Of a stretch of DNA of 64,000 nt, positions 12,848-25,595 are shown in pieces. The position numbers and the translations under genes were made by a program. Every line of letters starts with the position of its first letter. The first letter of the stretch is position 1. Below the pieces are notes generated by a model. It had not been told where the DNA came from, did not search any database, and saw nothing but the letters and a program-made list of their open reading frames with translations. Origin of the DNA: Camelus dromedarius (Eukaryota). The stretch lies in NCBI RefSeq assembly GCF_036321535.1, contig NC_087437.1, positions 52,330,001-52,394,000 of the forward strand. The letters are read 5' to 3'.

Positions 12848-13272
12848 TGTATTATTTTTCTATTGCTGCTGTTAAAAATTATCACACTTGGTGGCTTAAA
12901 ACAATATAAATTTATTATCTTACAGTTCTGTAGTTCAAATATCCAATGGGGGGTCTCACTAGGCTAAAGCCAAAGTATTGTGAGGGCCATGTCCCTTTCT
13001 GGGGCTTCTGGAGAAAGTATGTTTTCTTGCCTTTTCCACCTTTTAGCAGTGCCCTTCCTCCATCTTCAAATCCAGCAAGAGCGAGTCAAGTCCTCACAGC
13101 ACCTCTCTCTTACCACAGCTGGGAAAGATGAGACACATCTGGATAGTCACCCCATCCCAAACTTCTTAACCTTAGTTGCACGTATGAAGTACCTTTGCTG
13201 TGTAAGGTAACTTATTCAGATGGTGATTAAGGTGTGGACACCTGTAGAGGGGCCATTATTCTGCCTACCACA
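12848..13272 (-). mobile_element. MLT1C/D-type solo LTR
   Basis: Starts 'tgtattatttttctattgctgctg..ggtggcttaaaacaa..tttattatcttacagttctg'; ends 'attctgcctaccaca'. Confidence 0.8.
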
Positions 13273-13822
13273 GTGCTTATTGCAGAGGACCACCAGGATG
13301 GTGAAGGGGCTAAACTGGATACAGAGAATCAGACTAAGAAGAATTGAAGATGATCCTGAAATTTATTGCTTAGGTGAGAATGGTATAATGCTTATAAAGT
13401 GATTAGTGCAGTAAGTACATAATAAATGGTTTCTACTTCAAAGGCTAATGCACAACTGCAGAAATATAATAGCTCAGAGGGAAAGAAGCTTAGGGATGTG
13501 GAAAGAGATGAAGCAGCATAACATTTTATCTTGTGAAGAACAGAATTTGGGATCCAAGTTCTCACTTTACATTAGATCAGCAAGTGGTTTCAGTGTCAGA
13601 AAGCACTAAGTTTAACAAGAACTCTGCATTACTTCCCTAACTAGTGAGGGAGTTGGGGAGAATGGAGGTGATGGGATACTATCGTAGCAACTTCTGGCCT
13701 CTTTCTGCCATGATTGCACAATGTACGTATTCTGAGGAGGAGGGAAAACTTTTATCAGAGGACGAAAACAAGATTTTTGATGCTTAGAGGACTATTGTAT
13801 TGGTTTGTTTGTTTTTTTCCAG

Positions 13823-14880
13823 GAACTTACAAGAAGGAAATCCCCTCTGAAACCAAAACTCAGCCATCAGAGGTTATGAAATTTTTCAGGCTTTCTCTAG
13901 AATCTTCCTTGCATTTGTCTCTTTAAACATGTTCACCTTGACCTTTGAGAAGTTGCTGATAAGTGGATATCAAGCAGGAGTTAAATTAACAAACCCTCCC
14001 ACCTCGTTGAGTGGTAGCTTCCAAGGCCATGGTAAATGTGTATCAGTGTGAACTCGATCCAGAACCAGCCAGGAAGGGAACAAAGTTTAGTCTGTGAGGA
14101 AATAGGCGGCTGCTGGTAGTTTCATGCTGTCTGTGCAGACTTCAGGTTGCTGTGGTGTAAGTAGTTTTGTTTTGTTTTGTTTTTAATATTTTGATACTTG
14201 AATATGAAAATATGGTAGGAACAATTCCACCTAAGGTTAAGGTCTTACCTGGCCCTAAATCTTGTGTATTAGACCTACGTACAAGAAAGTTTTGGCATTT
14301 CACGAGTAGTTTTCTTTTTTAAAATGAAAAGGAAAGTCATAAAGTTTTTCAGCAAGTGTTCTGCTAGCACAGGACCTCCTGCTTGCATGAGATGACTTTT
14401 AATGTCTTACCTTTGGTTGAATTAAGGTGCTTGTGGTCAGAAAATAAAAGTGATCAAATATAAATCTGGTGCCCGGAGACTGATAATTTCTAAATAGTAT
14501 TTAGATTTCTCCCTGATATTCTTTTCAGTTGCTTTTCCTTTAGTTTAGTTTCATGTTACAAGTTTATGTTAGCAAGTATGTGGTAGTCTCTTAGTAATTA
14601 AACTGGAGGTTTCGATGTTCAAAGACATCAAATGAATGAGAACTAAGTAGAACTAATACGGCATAATCAGATGTTGGGATCCTAGATTTAAGAGCGGCAA
14701 AATGTGTTTTCAAAGGGGAGTAAATTTGTGAAGTGGATGAAAATGGCAAGCAGCCTTAGAAAGTTAGTGTAGCTTTGGAGAAATCTGTTTTTAAGATTTT
14801 GACATGTGTACTAATTTTCCAGACTGAATTCCTAGTACCACAGTGTGTAAAATAAATTTCATATGTGAAATTAGAATTGC
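13823..14880 (+). other. Candidate alternative terminal exon
   Basis: Acceptor 'tttgtttgtttttttccag|G'; over 1 kb of repeat-free 3'UTR-like sequence; AATAAA at 14443 and 14851. The 3' end is uncertain. Confidence 0.4.
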
Positions 14881-15799
14881 TGTATTTCAGCTGTAGTAGT
14901 TCTACGTTGAGATTCGGAGTCTAGGAACTACACATTGTTATACAAACATTGACTTTATTGAGTGTGGCTATGAGAGTTTTAAGATTGCATTTGGTGTTAG
15001 GGAGGTTGATATTTTCTATTTCCCTTTGCCATGATGTATTAAAAAACAAAAATTAAAAAAAACCTCCTGGTACTCCACAATTGTACGACTTTGAACATAG
15101 AAATAGTTTTATGTGGTTAATATATTATATAAAAGTTATAAAGTCTGGCTGTGGGCCAGTAATCTTTCAAATTACTTTGAGAGTACTGAGATGGATTGTT
15201 TATATAGAAGTACACTGGGTTTCCCCTCTCCTCTAGCTGCATCTTAGACCTCAGGGACATTGAGTCTTTTTCTCAAACCTGCCTGTTATTCCTGCTGGAC
15301 TAAGCAGGGGCCCAGACAATGGAATTGGGCCCCAGCTGACCCTTGGTGGGATGGAAGCCCAAGACACACTGTCGTAAGCAAGCTGTAGACCTGTAATGAA
15401 GGGAAACCTTGGCTCATCTTTTAGATTGCTGAATTGCAGTGATTCTAGGTTCCTGAGCTAATTTAACTCCCCCAACTCAAAAACCACTGCTAGGCCAGGC
15501 TACTTATTTTGTTATTGGTTCATGGAGGGGAGGGGATTGGGTATCCTGGGAGAGGAGCCAGCACGGCAGGTGATACTATTACCAGGGAAGCAGCTATTTC
15601 CTAATCATATTTGAAGTATTTCAGTCTTTGAACCACCTGGAAGGCCATACAGGTGTGCACTGGCAATATCTTAACCAGAACCCTTTCAGATCTTTTTAAA
15701 ATCTCCAATAGGTGTCTCTAACATCCAAACCCTTTGCTCCACAAAGCCCATAAGATCTTCCTTCTGACCGAAGGTTTAGCATCATTGCCTACCATTGTT

Positions 15800-16185
15800 C
15801 TCACAGTTTGCACCAGCTACGTAAATTTTTTTGCTGTTTCTGGAACACATGAAGACTGTTCCCGTGTCCCGGCTTTTGCTGCCTGGAACGCTTTCCCCCG
15901 CATTGTTTCTTCCTTCCCTTCATTCAAATGCCTCCTCCTCAAAGGCACCACTGCTTCACTTTCACTGTATCGCTGCTTTTTCCTTTACCCTGATTTACTT
16001 TTTCTTAAATAACTACCTGGCATTATTTATCTTATTCAGAATATATATATAGTCTTTTCCACTAGAATATAAATTCTCCGAGGGCAAGAACTCTATCTTG
16101 TTCAGTGCTGTATTGCCAGTGCCCAAAATAGTGCCTACCTGACATACAGTAGATACTTGGTAAACATTTGTTTTATGAATAACTT
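15800..16185 (+). mobile_element. L2 3' end
   Basis: 'ccactagaatataaattctccgagggcaagaactctatcttgttcagtgctgtattgccagtgcc...aaacatttgttttatgaat'. Confidence 0.75.
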
Positions 16186-16557
16186 AATGTCAGTTGGTGC
16201 CATTAAAATTTATTTTTAAGCATAGGGATTTTAATTGAATTTTTGAATAGATTATATATTCACATGGTTCCAAGGCCAAATCATTTTAAAAAGTATACAT
16301 TGAAAAGTCTTCCTTCCCCAGTCGCCTACCCATTTAGTTCCCATTTCAGGGCACCCAAATCACTATTATTATTTTTTCATGTGTCCAGAGTTTCTTTATA
16401 TATCAAGGCAATATAAAAGTATAAACAGATTTTTACTTCCTTCCTTTTTATGCATACTATTATATGTACTAGTCTTAATTTTTCCACTTATGATACATGT
16501 TGAATCTCGTTTCATATCAGTACATAGTGAACATTCTCATTTTTAAAAGCTGCATGT

Positions 16558-16665
16558 TGAATATATGTATATTCATGTATGTCTGAAGCAATGTGCTGTA
16601 CACCAGAAATTGACACAACATTGTAAACTGACTATACTTCAATTTAAAAATAAATTAATAAATAC
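16558..16665 (+). mobile_element. Short L1 3' terminus
   Basis: 'gctgtacaccagaaattgacacaacattgtaaactgactatacttcaat' plus A-rich tail; flanking 'agctgcat' repeat. Confidence 0.75.
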
Positions 16666-17044
16666 ATAGTATTATAGCTGCATAGTATTTCAATGAATAG
16701 ATGTATGACAACTGATTTAACATCATCCGGTAATGGGCATTTTGGTTGTTTCCAGTATCTTCTTATTGTAAACAATGCCAAAGTTCACAATCTTGGGCAC
16801 ATACCATTTCACACATTAAAACAATATTAAAGTCACTAGAGTAGAATTGGTACATCAAAAAGTGTCCTAGATTTTGCCTAGCTGTGTTCCATAGGGATTG
16901 TACCAATTTGTATTCCTATAAGCAACAACCATATAAGAGAGTGTTATCAGACTTTTGAATTTTTGCCAAATAGCTTAAATAATGGTTTCAGCAGGGTTTT
17001 TTTTAGAATTTATAATAAAATTTGTGTTACAGTTTTAAAAATAG

Positions 17045-17835
17045 TTTTTAAAATTTTAAATTGTGATTTAAAAAATAACATAAAATTTACCATCATAACC
17101 ATTTTTAAGTGTACAATTCAGTAGTGTTAAGTAACTTAACATTATTATGAAACAGATCTCTAGAACGTTTTCATTTTGCAAAACTGAAACTCTTTTTGCA
17201 GGGGGTTGGTAATTAGGTTTATTTATTTATTTATTTTAATTGAGGGACTAAGGATTGAACCCAGGACCGTGTGCATGTGAGGCACACACTTGCACTGAGC
17301 CATACCCTCCCCCCACAAAACTGAAACTTTAATCAACTATACTTCAGTAAGAACAACAACAACTTCAACTCTTTACTCATTAAATAACAACTTTCCATTT
17401 CTCCTTCCCCCAGCCCCTAGCAAGGGGCTACTGTCTGTTTCTATGAATTTGTCTAGTATAGATATCTCATATAAGTGGAATCCTACAGTTTTTGTGTTTT
17501 TGTGAGGCTTATTTCACTTAACATAAAGTCCTCAAGGTTCATCCATGTTATAGCTTATGACAAGATTTCCTTCATTTTTAAGACAGAATAATATTCCATT
17601 GTGTTGTAAATATCACATTTTGTTTATTCATTCATCCATCTATAGACAAGTAGATTGCTTCCGCTTCTTGGCTATAGTGACTAATGCTGCTATGACTGTG
17701 AGTATGTAAATAACTCTTCGAGGTTCTGCCTTCAGTTCTTTTGGATAAACCCAGAAGTGGGATTGCTGGATCATATGGTAATTCTATTTTTCATCTTTTG
17801 AGAGACCACTATAGTTTTCTTAGTGGCTGCACCAT
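17045..17835 (-). mobile_element. L1MA/MB-type 3' end with nested SINE
   Basis: 'aaaatttaccatcataaccatttttaagtgtacaattcagtag', 'cccagaagtgggattgctggatcatatggtaattcta'. Confidence 0.8.
17192..17315 (-). mobile_element. tRNA-derived SINE (vic-1-like)
   Basis: 'ggattgaacccaggaccgtgtgcatg...ctgagccataccctcccccc'; TSD CAAAACTGAAACT at 17179-17191 and 17316-17328. Confidence 0.88.
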
Positions 17836-18029
17836 TTTAGCATGGTTTTAATTTGTATTTCCCTCATTTTGAGTGGGATTGAGCATCTTTTCATATTTAA
17901 GGCAACTTGCTCTTTTTTTCTGTAAACTGATACTTTGCCCTTTAATGAGGTTTTTTTCCTATTTTTAATTTGATAACACTTTTTGCTTTTGTGCCTCCTA
18001 ATATTCCAAATTTAGTAATCATAGGTATT

Positions 18030-18200
18030 GGTTTGGAGTAAGTGTGTCTGGGTTTGAATTCTAGATCTATTAATAGATGTGCAAAATTGATTGGGCAAGT
18101 TATGGGACATTTCTCAGCCTCAGTTTTCTTATCTGTAAAATAGGAATATCACTGAGTTTTACAAAGATTAAATGAGATGATGTATATTATGTGCTTGGTA
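18030..18200 (+). mobile_element. MIR SINE
   Basis: Core 'ttgggcaagtta..ctcagcctcagttttcttatctgtaaaatagg..aagattaaatgagat'. Confidence 0.75.
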
Positions 18201-18229
18201 TAGGGCCACCATGATAGGGCAAGAAAAAA

Positions 18230-19390
18230 GAATAAAAAGCCAAAGTTTAGAAAGGAAGCAAAACTGTTATTATCCACACACAGCATGATTACATACATAG
18301 AAAACCCTGCAGAAGCTATGAAAACTATTTGATCTTATTAATTAATTTAACAAGGCTATAGGTTATAGTCAGTATAAAAAACTGTATTTGAAATAATTAG
18401 TTCAGCTAAAACAATTAGAAAATAAATGAAAATATCACCATTAAAATACCAAATACATAAAAATAAATCTTTAAAAAGATCACAAGACTTCTATACTGAG
18501 AACTGTAAAACATTGCTGAGAAAAACTAAAGAAGATCAAAATAAATAGTGTAATATATATATACAGTTGACTCTTGAACAAGCCGAGTGTTAGCAGAGCT
18601 GATGACCTTCACACAATTGAAAATCTGCATATAACTTATAGTCAGCCCTCCATATATACAGTTCCTCCATATCCAGGTTCCAAATTCGCAGTATCAACCA
18701 ACCTCAGATAATGTAGTACCATAGCATTTACTATTGAAAAAAATCTGAGTGTAAATGGACCCATGCAATTCAAACCTGTATTCAACCGTACCATAATCAT
18801 GGATTATAGAACTCAAAATTGTTGAGATCCTGATTCTCTATAAATTAATCTATAGATCCCATGCAATCTCTATCGAAATTCTAGCAGGCATTTTTGAAGA
18901 AATTGTCAAGCTGATTCTAAAATTTATCTGGAAGCACAATGAATATAGAAGAGATAAAACAATCTTGAAAAGAAACAAGATGGGGGGATATGTGATTTCA
19001 AGACTGTAAAGCTACAGTTAACCAAGTATTGCCTTAAGGATAGATAAATATATCAATCGAACGGAAAAATGCATCAAGAAATAGATATACACATATAAGG
19101 TCAATTGATTTTTGATCTAGGTAGCAAGTAAATTCAATGGGAGAAGGATAGGCTTTTTAAACATGTTGCTGGATCAAATGGATTTTTTAATGGGGGAAAA
19201 AACCTCTACGTCTTTCTCACTCCATACACAAAAATTAAATAGGTATGAATCATAGATCTAAATATAAAACTCAGAACCAGAAAGTGAGAAAAAACAAGGA
19301 AAAATATATCTGCAGTCTTGGGATATGCAAAGATTTCTTGAACAGGGCACTGAAAGCACTAGCCATAAAAGTCTATTAAATAAGATTAAA
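18230..19390 (+). mobile_element. Old L1M ORF2 remnant
   Basis: 'aaattaatctatagatcccatgcaatc', 'aagctgattctaaaatttat', 'ccatacacaaaaattaa'. Confidence 0.8.
18564..18788. mobile_element. Tigger2-type MITE
   Basis: 'ta|cagttgactcttgaacaa'...'ggacccatgcaattcaaacctgtattcaaccg|ta'. Confidence 0.8.
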
Positions 19391-22318
19391 TGAGTTTATG
19401 TACTTCAAGACTTCTCAGGACCTTATAATGTTAATATTTCTAATAAGAGGGTCATGCAGCATTTCTCAGCCTGTTTGACCACAGAAGCCTTTTTTCACCT
19501 GGAGTTTTGAACTAAAATATAGGCATGAGTATGGTATAGAGATAACTCAGAGAGGTGTTGCTTTGGTCGTCTCCTCAAAACATACTTTTAATGTTAAAGA
19601 TCATTCTCTCTCCATACATAATGTTAAGGATCATTCTCTCCCTCTTTGGTGTGAATTACTGTAATTGCATCCATTTCAACAGAGTAAAGAAAACTCTTCT
19701 GCCAAAAGAGCTGTGATTACTCCTTACCCCATATTGACTGGTCAGCCAGCCAACTGTTATTACTACTGGTAGGATTCTGGGCCACTATCACATTAGATTG
19801 GAATTTGCCATAATAAGAGGAATAAAGAGTACTAAAGGTCACTCTTACATTATTAGACTTACATTATTACGCTTTACATTCTGCCTGCTGCTGGTTCCAT
19901 ATACTTGTCTGGCCTGCTCTGCCCTGCTCACTCACTGCCTGGCCATCTCCAACCCCTTGCTTCTCTCAAATCACTCAACTCCTATAGCAATCCCCATTGC
20001 TATTTGCTTGAAGGCCTTTTTTCTGTTTGTTTTTTCCATGGAATTCATAGTCTCTGACTCACAGTTCACTGTCCTAATCAGGTTCCTCTACCTGTTGTTT
20101 CTGCCCATGAACTCATTTTTATGGGGTATGGATTGTCACATAAGAAGTAGGAGAAGAACCAAAAGAGAAGGTAGAAAGAATCAAAGCCAAACGTCACCTA
20201 AATCAGAATTTGGCTGAATGCTCTATTCAGGGAAAGAGATCTAAGGAAGAAGTTAAAATGGTATGTAATGCCAGTAGAAACACTTAAAGAAAAGAAAGTT
20301 TAAGTGTCTCTGTAGTGTCTTTGGATTGTATTTTAAACCCTGAGACTGTAGTAGATAGTAGTTTGTCCTGAATGTGGAAAGCTCATAACCAGATATGGAA
20401 ATGTTATCTGTGACATCTGAGTAGACCTTACTAGAAGGACTATATATGACTAGAAGTTAAGAAGCTCTAACTTGAGATATGCCACTAATTTGCTTTTTGA
20501 TAGTGGTGAAATATATTCTTATAAAGAAAAAATGATTGCCTTCACTCTCATTTTGCAAAGTATATATATAATAAAGATATATATGTGTGTGTGTGTTTCT
20601 CTGTGTATATGTACACGCACACACACACACAGATACATACCAGGGTTTGTCACAGATACTTCTTTTGTGTGCTGTTTCATTTAATCATCTCTGTCCATGT
20701 GTCAACTTCCTCATCTGGAAAGTGGGATGATAATATCTCACTCTGCCTTCCTCACCAGACCAAAATGTAATCATAACCAAATAATAAAATATACTGCATT
20801 ACTCTGTAGAATTTAAGGAATAAATCTTGAATACCATGTTGTGAGATGTATACCATTGTTTCCATAACAAAATGTTTTGATGGATCCTGATAAAATTCAT
20901 TTTAAAATACATTTGCAATGCAAACATCACAGAAACAAGTCACATGTGTTGTCCTACAGACATCAAAGAAATTATGGAACATCTGGAAAGTATAGAACAA
21001 CATTTTTTCTACTTCTCAATAAATGCAACACAAAGAAAACACACCCTTTGCAGAACCTCATCAAAGAAAAACAGGCAAGAGAGATACTTAGGCAAATGAT
21101 TAGAGGCAGTATAACAACTTAGGTGACAGTAAAAAGAATTTTACATTAGAAATTGAAAACCAAGTTTTAGTCTGTATTACAATAGTATAAATAACCAAGA
21201 GGGTGAGACATACCACAGAAGGCATCTAGGGGTTGTGGGGGTCAAATGGAAAGATCCTTGGAAGACTCTACTGCTTAACCTGGACCTGGGAGCTGAAAGA
21301 AACTAGATCTTTTTCTGGCAGCCTGATCCTTTATAAAAATCAGAATGGAAGTTTTAAAAGCTACTGAACTCCATTTCTAGACTGTCCTTCCATTGTCCTT
21401 AAACAGCTTTCAGAATTTAATAAGTTGGGGGTGAGGGCACAGTGGTTTCCCAAGTATCTAGGAAACAACAAGCTTTCCTTGCTCAAGTTCCCTAAAATAA
21501 CCAGGGGATCATAAACCAGAAAATAAACCCATCAAAGAAGGATCATAAAAAGTTACTACTTGAAAACCTGAAAAGGACTGCCTTATAATCTCTTGCCTGG
21601 AAAATGATTAGACAATAAGGTCCCTAGGAACAAACACGAAAAATAAAGTGGTTTATATGGCTGCTTTGAGAAACTGAAAGGAAAAAAAGTTTTGCCAGAA
21701 CTTTTTCCAATTGAGTTTCAAGAGTAGTTTTTAAACAATACGTTTAAGAAATCATACAAGATACATTAGAAGCAATAAATACAAATTGGAAATCACGGAC
21801 ATGTAAGTGGATGTTAACAGTGCTGGTTCACTGAATAAAGGAAAAGAACAGAAAGCATGAGAACCTTACACCCAGTAGAGAAGTTACCTTTACTCAATAG
21901 CAAGATCCTTATGCCCATCAAATGAATTCTTCAGTTTTTATATTTTTTATTTCTAGAATTTCCTTTTGATTCTTTTTTTATACTTTCCATCTCTGTGGTA
22001 AAATTCCTCACTTGTTCATGCTCCTCTTTTCTACTAGATCCTATAACAGAGGAATTTATTGTGATGGCAATTGCAAGAATCTATACATAAATTAAAACTT
22101 ATGGGACTGTACACCATAAGAAGTCAATTTCAGTGTGTGTTAATTAACAAAAAATTATGGCCTGTTTAAAGCAAAAATAATAATCATGTACAATAGAGTT
22201 AAGAGCATATAAAGAAATAAAATATATGACAACAAGAGCACAAACATTGGGTTTGAAGTAGTATAATAAAGTATGAAAGACTGTAATAAGTTAACAGTGT
22301 GTAATATAATGTCTAAAG

Positions 22319-22706
22319 CAGTGTTTCGTAGAGTGTAGTCTGACCAGCAGCAGCAGCATCACCTGGGAGCTTGTTAGAGATGAAAGTCTCTGGTTCCATC
22401 CACTGCAGACCTGAGTCAGAAACTCTGGGGATATGGCTCAGCAGTCTTTCTGTGACTCTGATATATGCTAAGATTTAAGAACTGTCACTTTAGAGCAAGG
22501 GTCTGGAAACTTTTTCTGTAAAGGGCCAGATAATAAATAGTTAAGGCTTTGTGGGCCAGATGGTCTCTGTAGAAACTATTTAACACTTGTTGTAGCACAA
22601 AACAAGACAATACATAAATGAGAAGGGCTGTGTTCTAATAAAGTATTTTTTTTAAAAAAAAGGCAACAAGCTGGATTTGGCCCACGTGCTTTAGTTGCTG
22701 ACTTCT
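22319..22706. mobile_element. MER5A (about 22319-22485) followed by MER58A (about 22496-22706)
   Basis: 'gaccagcagcagcagcatcacctgggagcttgttaga'; 'aaactttttctgtaaagggccagataataaata..ggctttgtgggcca'. Confidence 0.8.
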
Positions 22707-23972
22707 ACTTTAGAGTAACCATTAACATGTACATGTACATATACACATAAACAGATACAGCTAAAATGCCAAAAAGGAGACAAAATGAAATGTTAAAAAA
22801 CACAGAAAACCCCTACTTTGCACAGTAATGTAAGACCCATAACAATGATTGTGAAGCTGCAATCATGCAAAGCACTTTTATTATCAATGGGAAAAGTTAT
22901 GATTTTTCTGTGACCTCTAAAATCTTTTTTGCCAAAACATTTTTGGCTGGGATGGTGGAAGAAGATATTTTGTTGACTGAAAATGGGCATCAGAAAACTT
23001 TCTAGCGTTCTAGAAATGTTCTAGATACTGTTTGAGGTGGTGGTTACATAGATGTATAGAATTGCTGACATTCATTAACTGGAACACTTGAGATCTGTGC
23101 ATTTCATGTACATAAATTATATGTCACTCAAAGAGTTTTTTAAAGTTCAAAATAAGGATCTGGAATAAAATCTGCAGTTCACATTAAGTGACATCCTTAT
23201 TGCAGATAAGGTAAATCATGGGGAATAAATTTGTTAGGACGAAAGATGGAGAAGAGAGCCTAGGCAGAGGAAGCATTTGCAACACGTGGGAAGAGGTATG
23301 GTAATGAATGAAATCTGGAAAGTATTGGTTTAAGTGATGGGGAGCCATGGAAAGATTTTCATCAGGGGAATGAAATAATCGTATTGTATTTTACAAAGAT
23401 CATACCTGTATGAATTGAAGGGGAAAGAGATTAGAAACAAGGAGATATGTTTAGAGGTTCCTGTTATAGGCCAGGTGAGAGATGAAAGGAACCTGAGGGG
23501 AAGATGTGCGAATCAAGAATAGGGTGAAACCTTGAATCATATTTAGATGGAATCAATTGGATTTAGTGACTGACTAGATTCATTAAAATATTAGCAAACA
23601 TTTGTAAGCCGGCAGTGTGCTTTGGGCTGCCACGCCTTATCTCGTTTAACCTTTGCAGTAACCATAGATAGGCAGGTATTGTCATAATTATCACCACCAC
23701 CACCACTGCTGTCATTATCTCCATTATACAGATAATGCTACGTAATTTGCGCAGGGTTACACAGCTTGAAAGTGCCAGAGCCACAGTTTGTAATGTACAA
23801 TTTCTCAGGAATAAATTGTGAGCATTCTTAAGATAATGTATGTCCCAACTTGCTAACACAGTAAGAGACAGTGTGGTAAACAGTAAACAGTAAACAGCTA
23901 AAACAGTCACAGAAGCCTAATTTCATGACCAAATGTAGAAAAGTCAAACAAAGCATAAAATTAAAAGAAATA

Positions 23973-24298
23973 CAGTCATCCATAGTATCCCCAGGGGATT
24001 GATTCCAGGGCTCCCTCAGAAACCAAAATCCACAGATGTTCAAATTCTTTATATAAAATGGCCTAGTGTTTGCATATAACCAACATACATCCTTCTGTAT
24101 ACTTTAAATCATCTCTAGATTACTTAAAATATCTAATTTATATGCTACGCAAATAGTTTTAAATGCAATGTAAATGCTGTGTAAATAGTTGCTGGTACAC
24201 GGCAAGTTCAAGTTTTGCTTTTTGGAACTTTATGGAATTTTTTTTCCAAATATTTTCTTTCCACAATTGGTTCAACCTATGGATGTAGAACCTGTAGA
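23973..24298. mobile_element. MER2 (Tigger-type)
   Basis: 'ta|cagtcatccatagtatccccaggggattgattccagg..ccaaaatccacagatg'. Confidence 0.8.
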
Positions 24299-24299
24299 G

Positions 24300-24870
24300 G
24301 CTTCTCAAAAAACAAAAAATAGAACTACCAAATGATTCAGCAATCCCACTACTGAGTATATATCCAAAGGAAATGAAATAGGAATATACAAGAGATTTCT
24401 GCACTCCCATGTTTATTGCAGCATTATTCATAGTAGCCAAGTTATGGGGACACCCTGTGTGTCTATCCACAGATGAATTGATAAAGAGCATGTGGTGTAT
24501 TTATACAATGGAATATTATTCAGCCATAGAAAAGGAAATCTACCATTTGAAACAACATGGAGGGCATTATGTTAAGGGAAATAAGACGAAGACAAATACT
24601 CACTTATATGTGGATTTTAAAAACATCCAACTCATAGAAACAGTAGAACAGTGGTTACCAGGGATGGGGAAGGGGAAATAGGAAGATGCTGGTCAAAGGG
24701 CACAAACTTTCAGTTATACCATGAGTAAATTGTGGAGCTCTACTGTACAGCATGGTGACTATAGTTGATAATACAGTTTAGTATATTTGAAACTTTCTAA
24801 GAGAGTGGACCTTAAGTGTTCTCACCAGACACATGAAAATAGTGACTATGTGAGGTAGATATGTTAACTT
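24300..24870 (+). mobile_element. L1MA-type 3' end
   Basis: 'tgcactcccatgtttattgcagcattattcatagtagccaag', 'aagagagtggaccttaagtgttctcacca'. Confidence 0.85.
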
Positions 24871-25111
24871 TGAAACACCTCCAACAGATCCAGGAGGGTC
24901 ATCAGAGAATTCTGAAGGAAGAGATTTTGAATAGTCCTAAAGTATAAGCAGAAGCAAGGAAGAGGTGACAGGGCACTCTAGGGAGAGCAGCAGCAAGGTC
25001 AAGTAGTCTAGTAGGTTAGGAGAACGAGCCATTCACTTTGATTATCAGAGCCTAGGGGTAGGAGTGCAGGAAATGAAGACAGAGAACTTGATAAGGGACA
25101 CTATTGTGTGT

Positions 25112-25552
25112 TGTGGTGGGTTGAATAGTGTTCCCCTAGAATTGATATTCACCTGGAACCTCAGAATATGACCTTATTTGGAAATAGTCTTTGTAGTTAT
25201 GATTATTTAAGTTAATACGAGGTCATTCTGGATAGGGTGGGCCCTAAGTCCAATGAGTGATATCTTTATAAGAAGAAGAGAGGACCCAGCAATATACATA
25301 CAGAGAAGAGGCCATGTGGGTAGAGTTTGGAGTGAAGCAACTGCAAGCCAAGAAACCAAGGATCACTGGGAGCCATCTGCAGTTAGGAAGGGGTAAGGAA
25401 ATATTCTTCCCTAGAGCCTTCAGAGGGAGCATTGCCCTGCTGATACCTTGATTTTGGACTTCTAGTCTCAAGAACTGTGAGGAAATACATTTTTGTTGCT
25501 TTAAGCCATCCAGTTCGTGTGATTTGTTACAGCAGACCTAAGAAATGAATGC
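25112..25552 (+). mobile_element. MLT1B/C-type solo LTR
   Basis: 'tgtggtgggttgaatagtg..ggaacctcagaatatgaccttatttggaaatag'...'gttgctttaagcca'. Confidence 0.85.
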
Positions 25553-25595
25553 GATATTTAACCTGTATTCTGCTTACTATGTGTTAAGCACATTG

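Noticed and set aside
19589..19643. 30-bp period direct repeat (taatgttaa.gatcattctctc x2); similar small duplications near 27883 and 28651
   Set aside because: Two-copy slippage duplications, not a CRISPR-like or functional array.
19798..20217. 139-aa hydrophobic ORF
   Set aside because: TTG start, pyrimidine-rich low-complexity origin, no recognisable domain or splice support.
20560..20640. (TG)n...(CA)n quasi-palindrome, also near 37760-37815
   Set aside because: Ordinary compound microsatellite.
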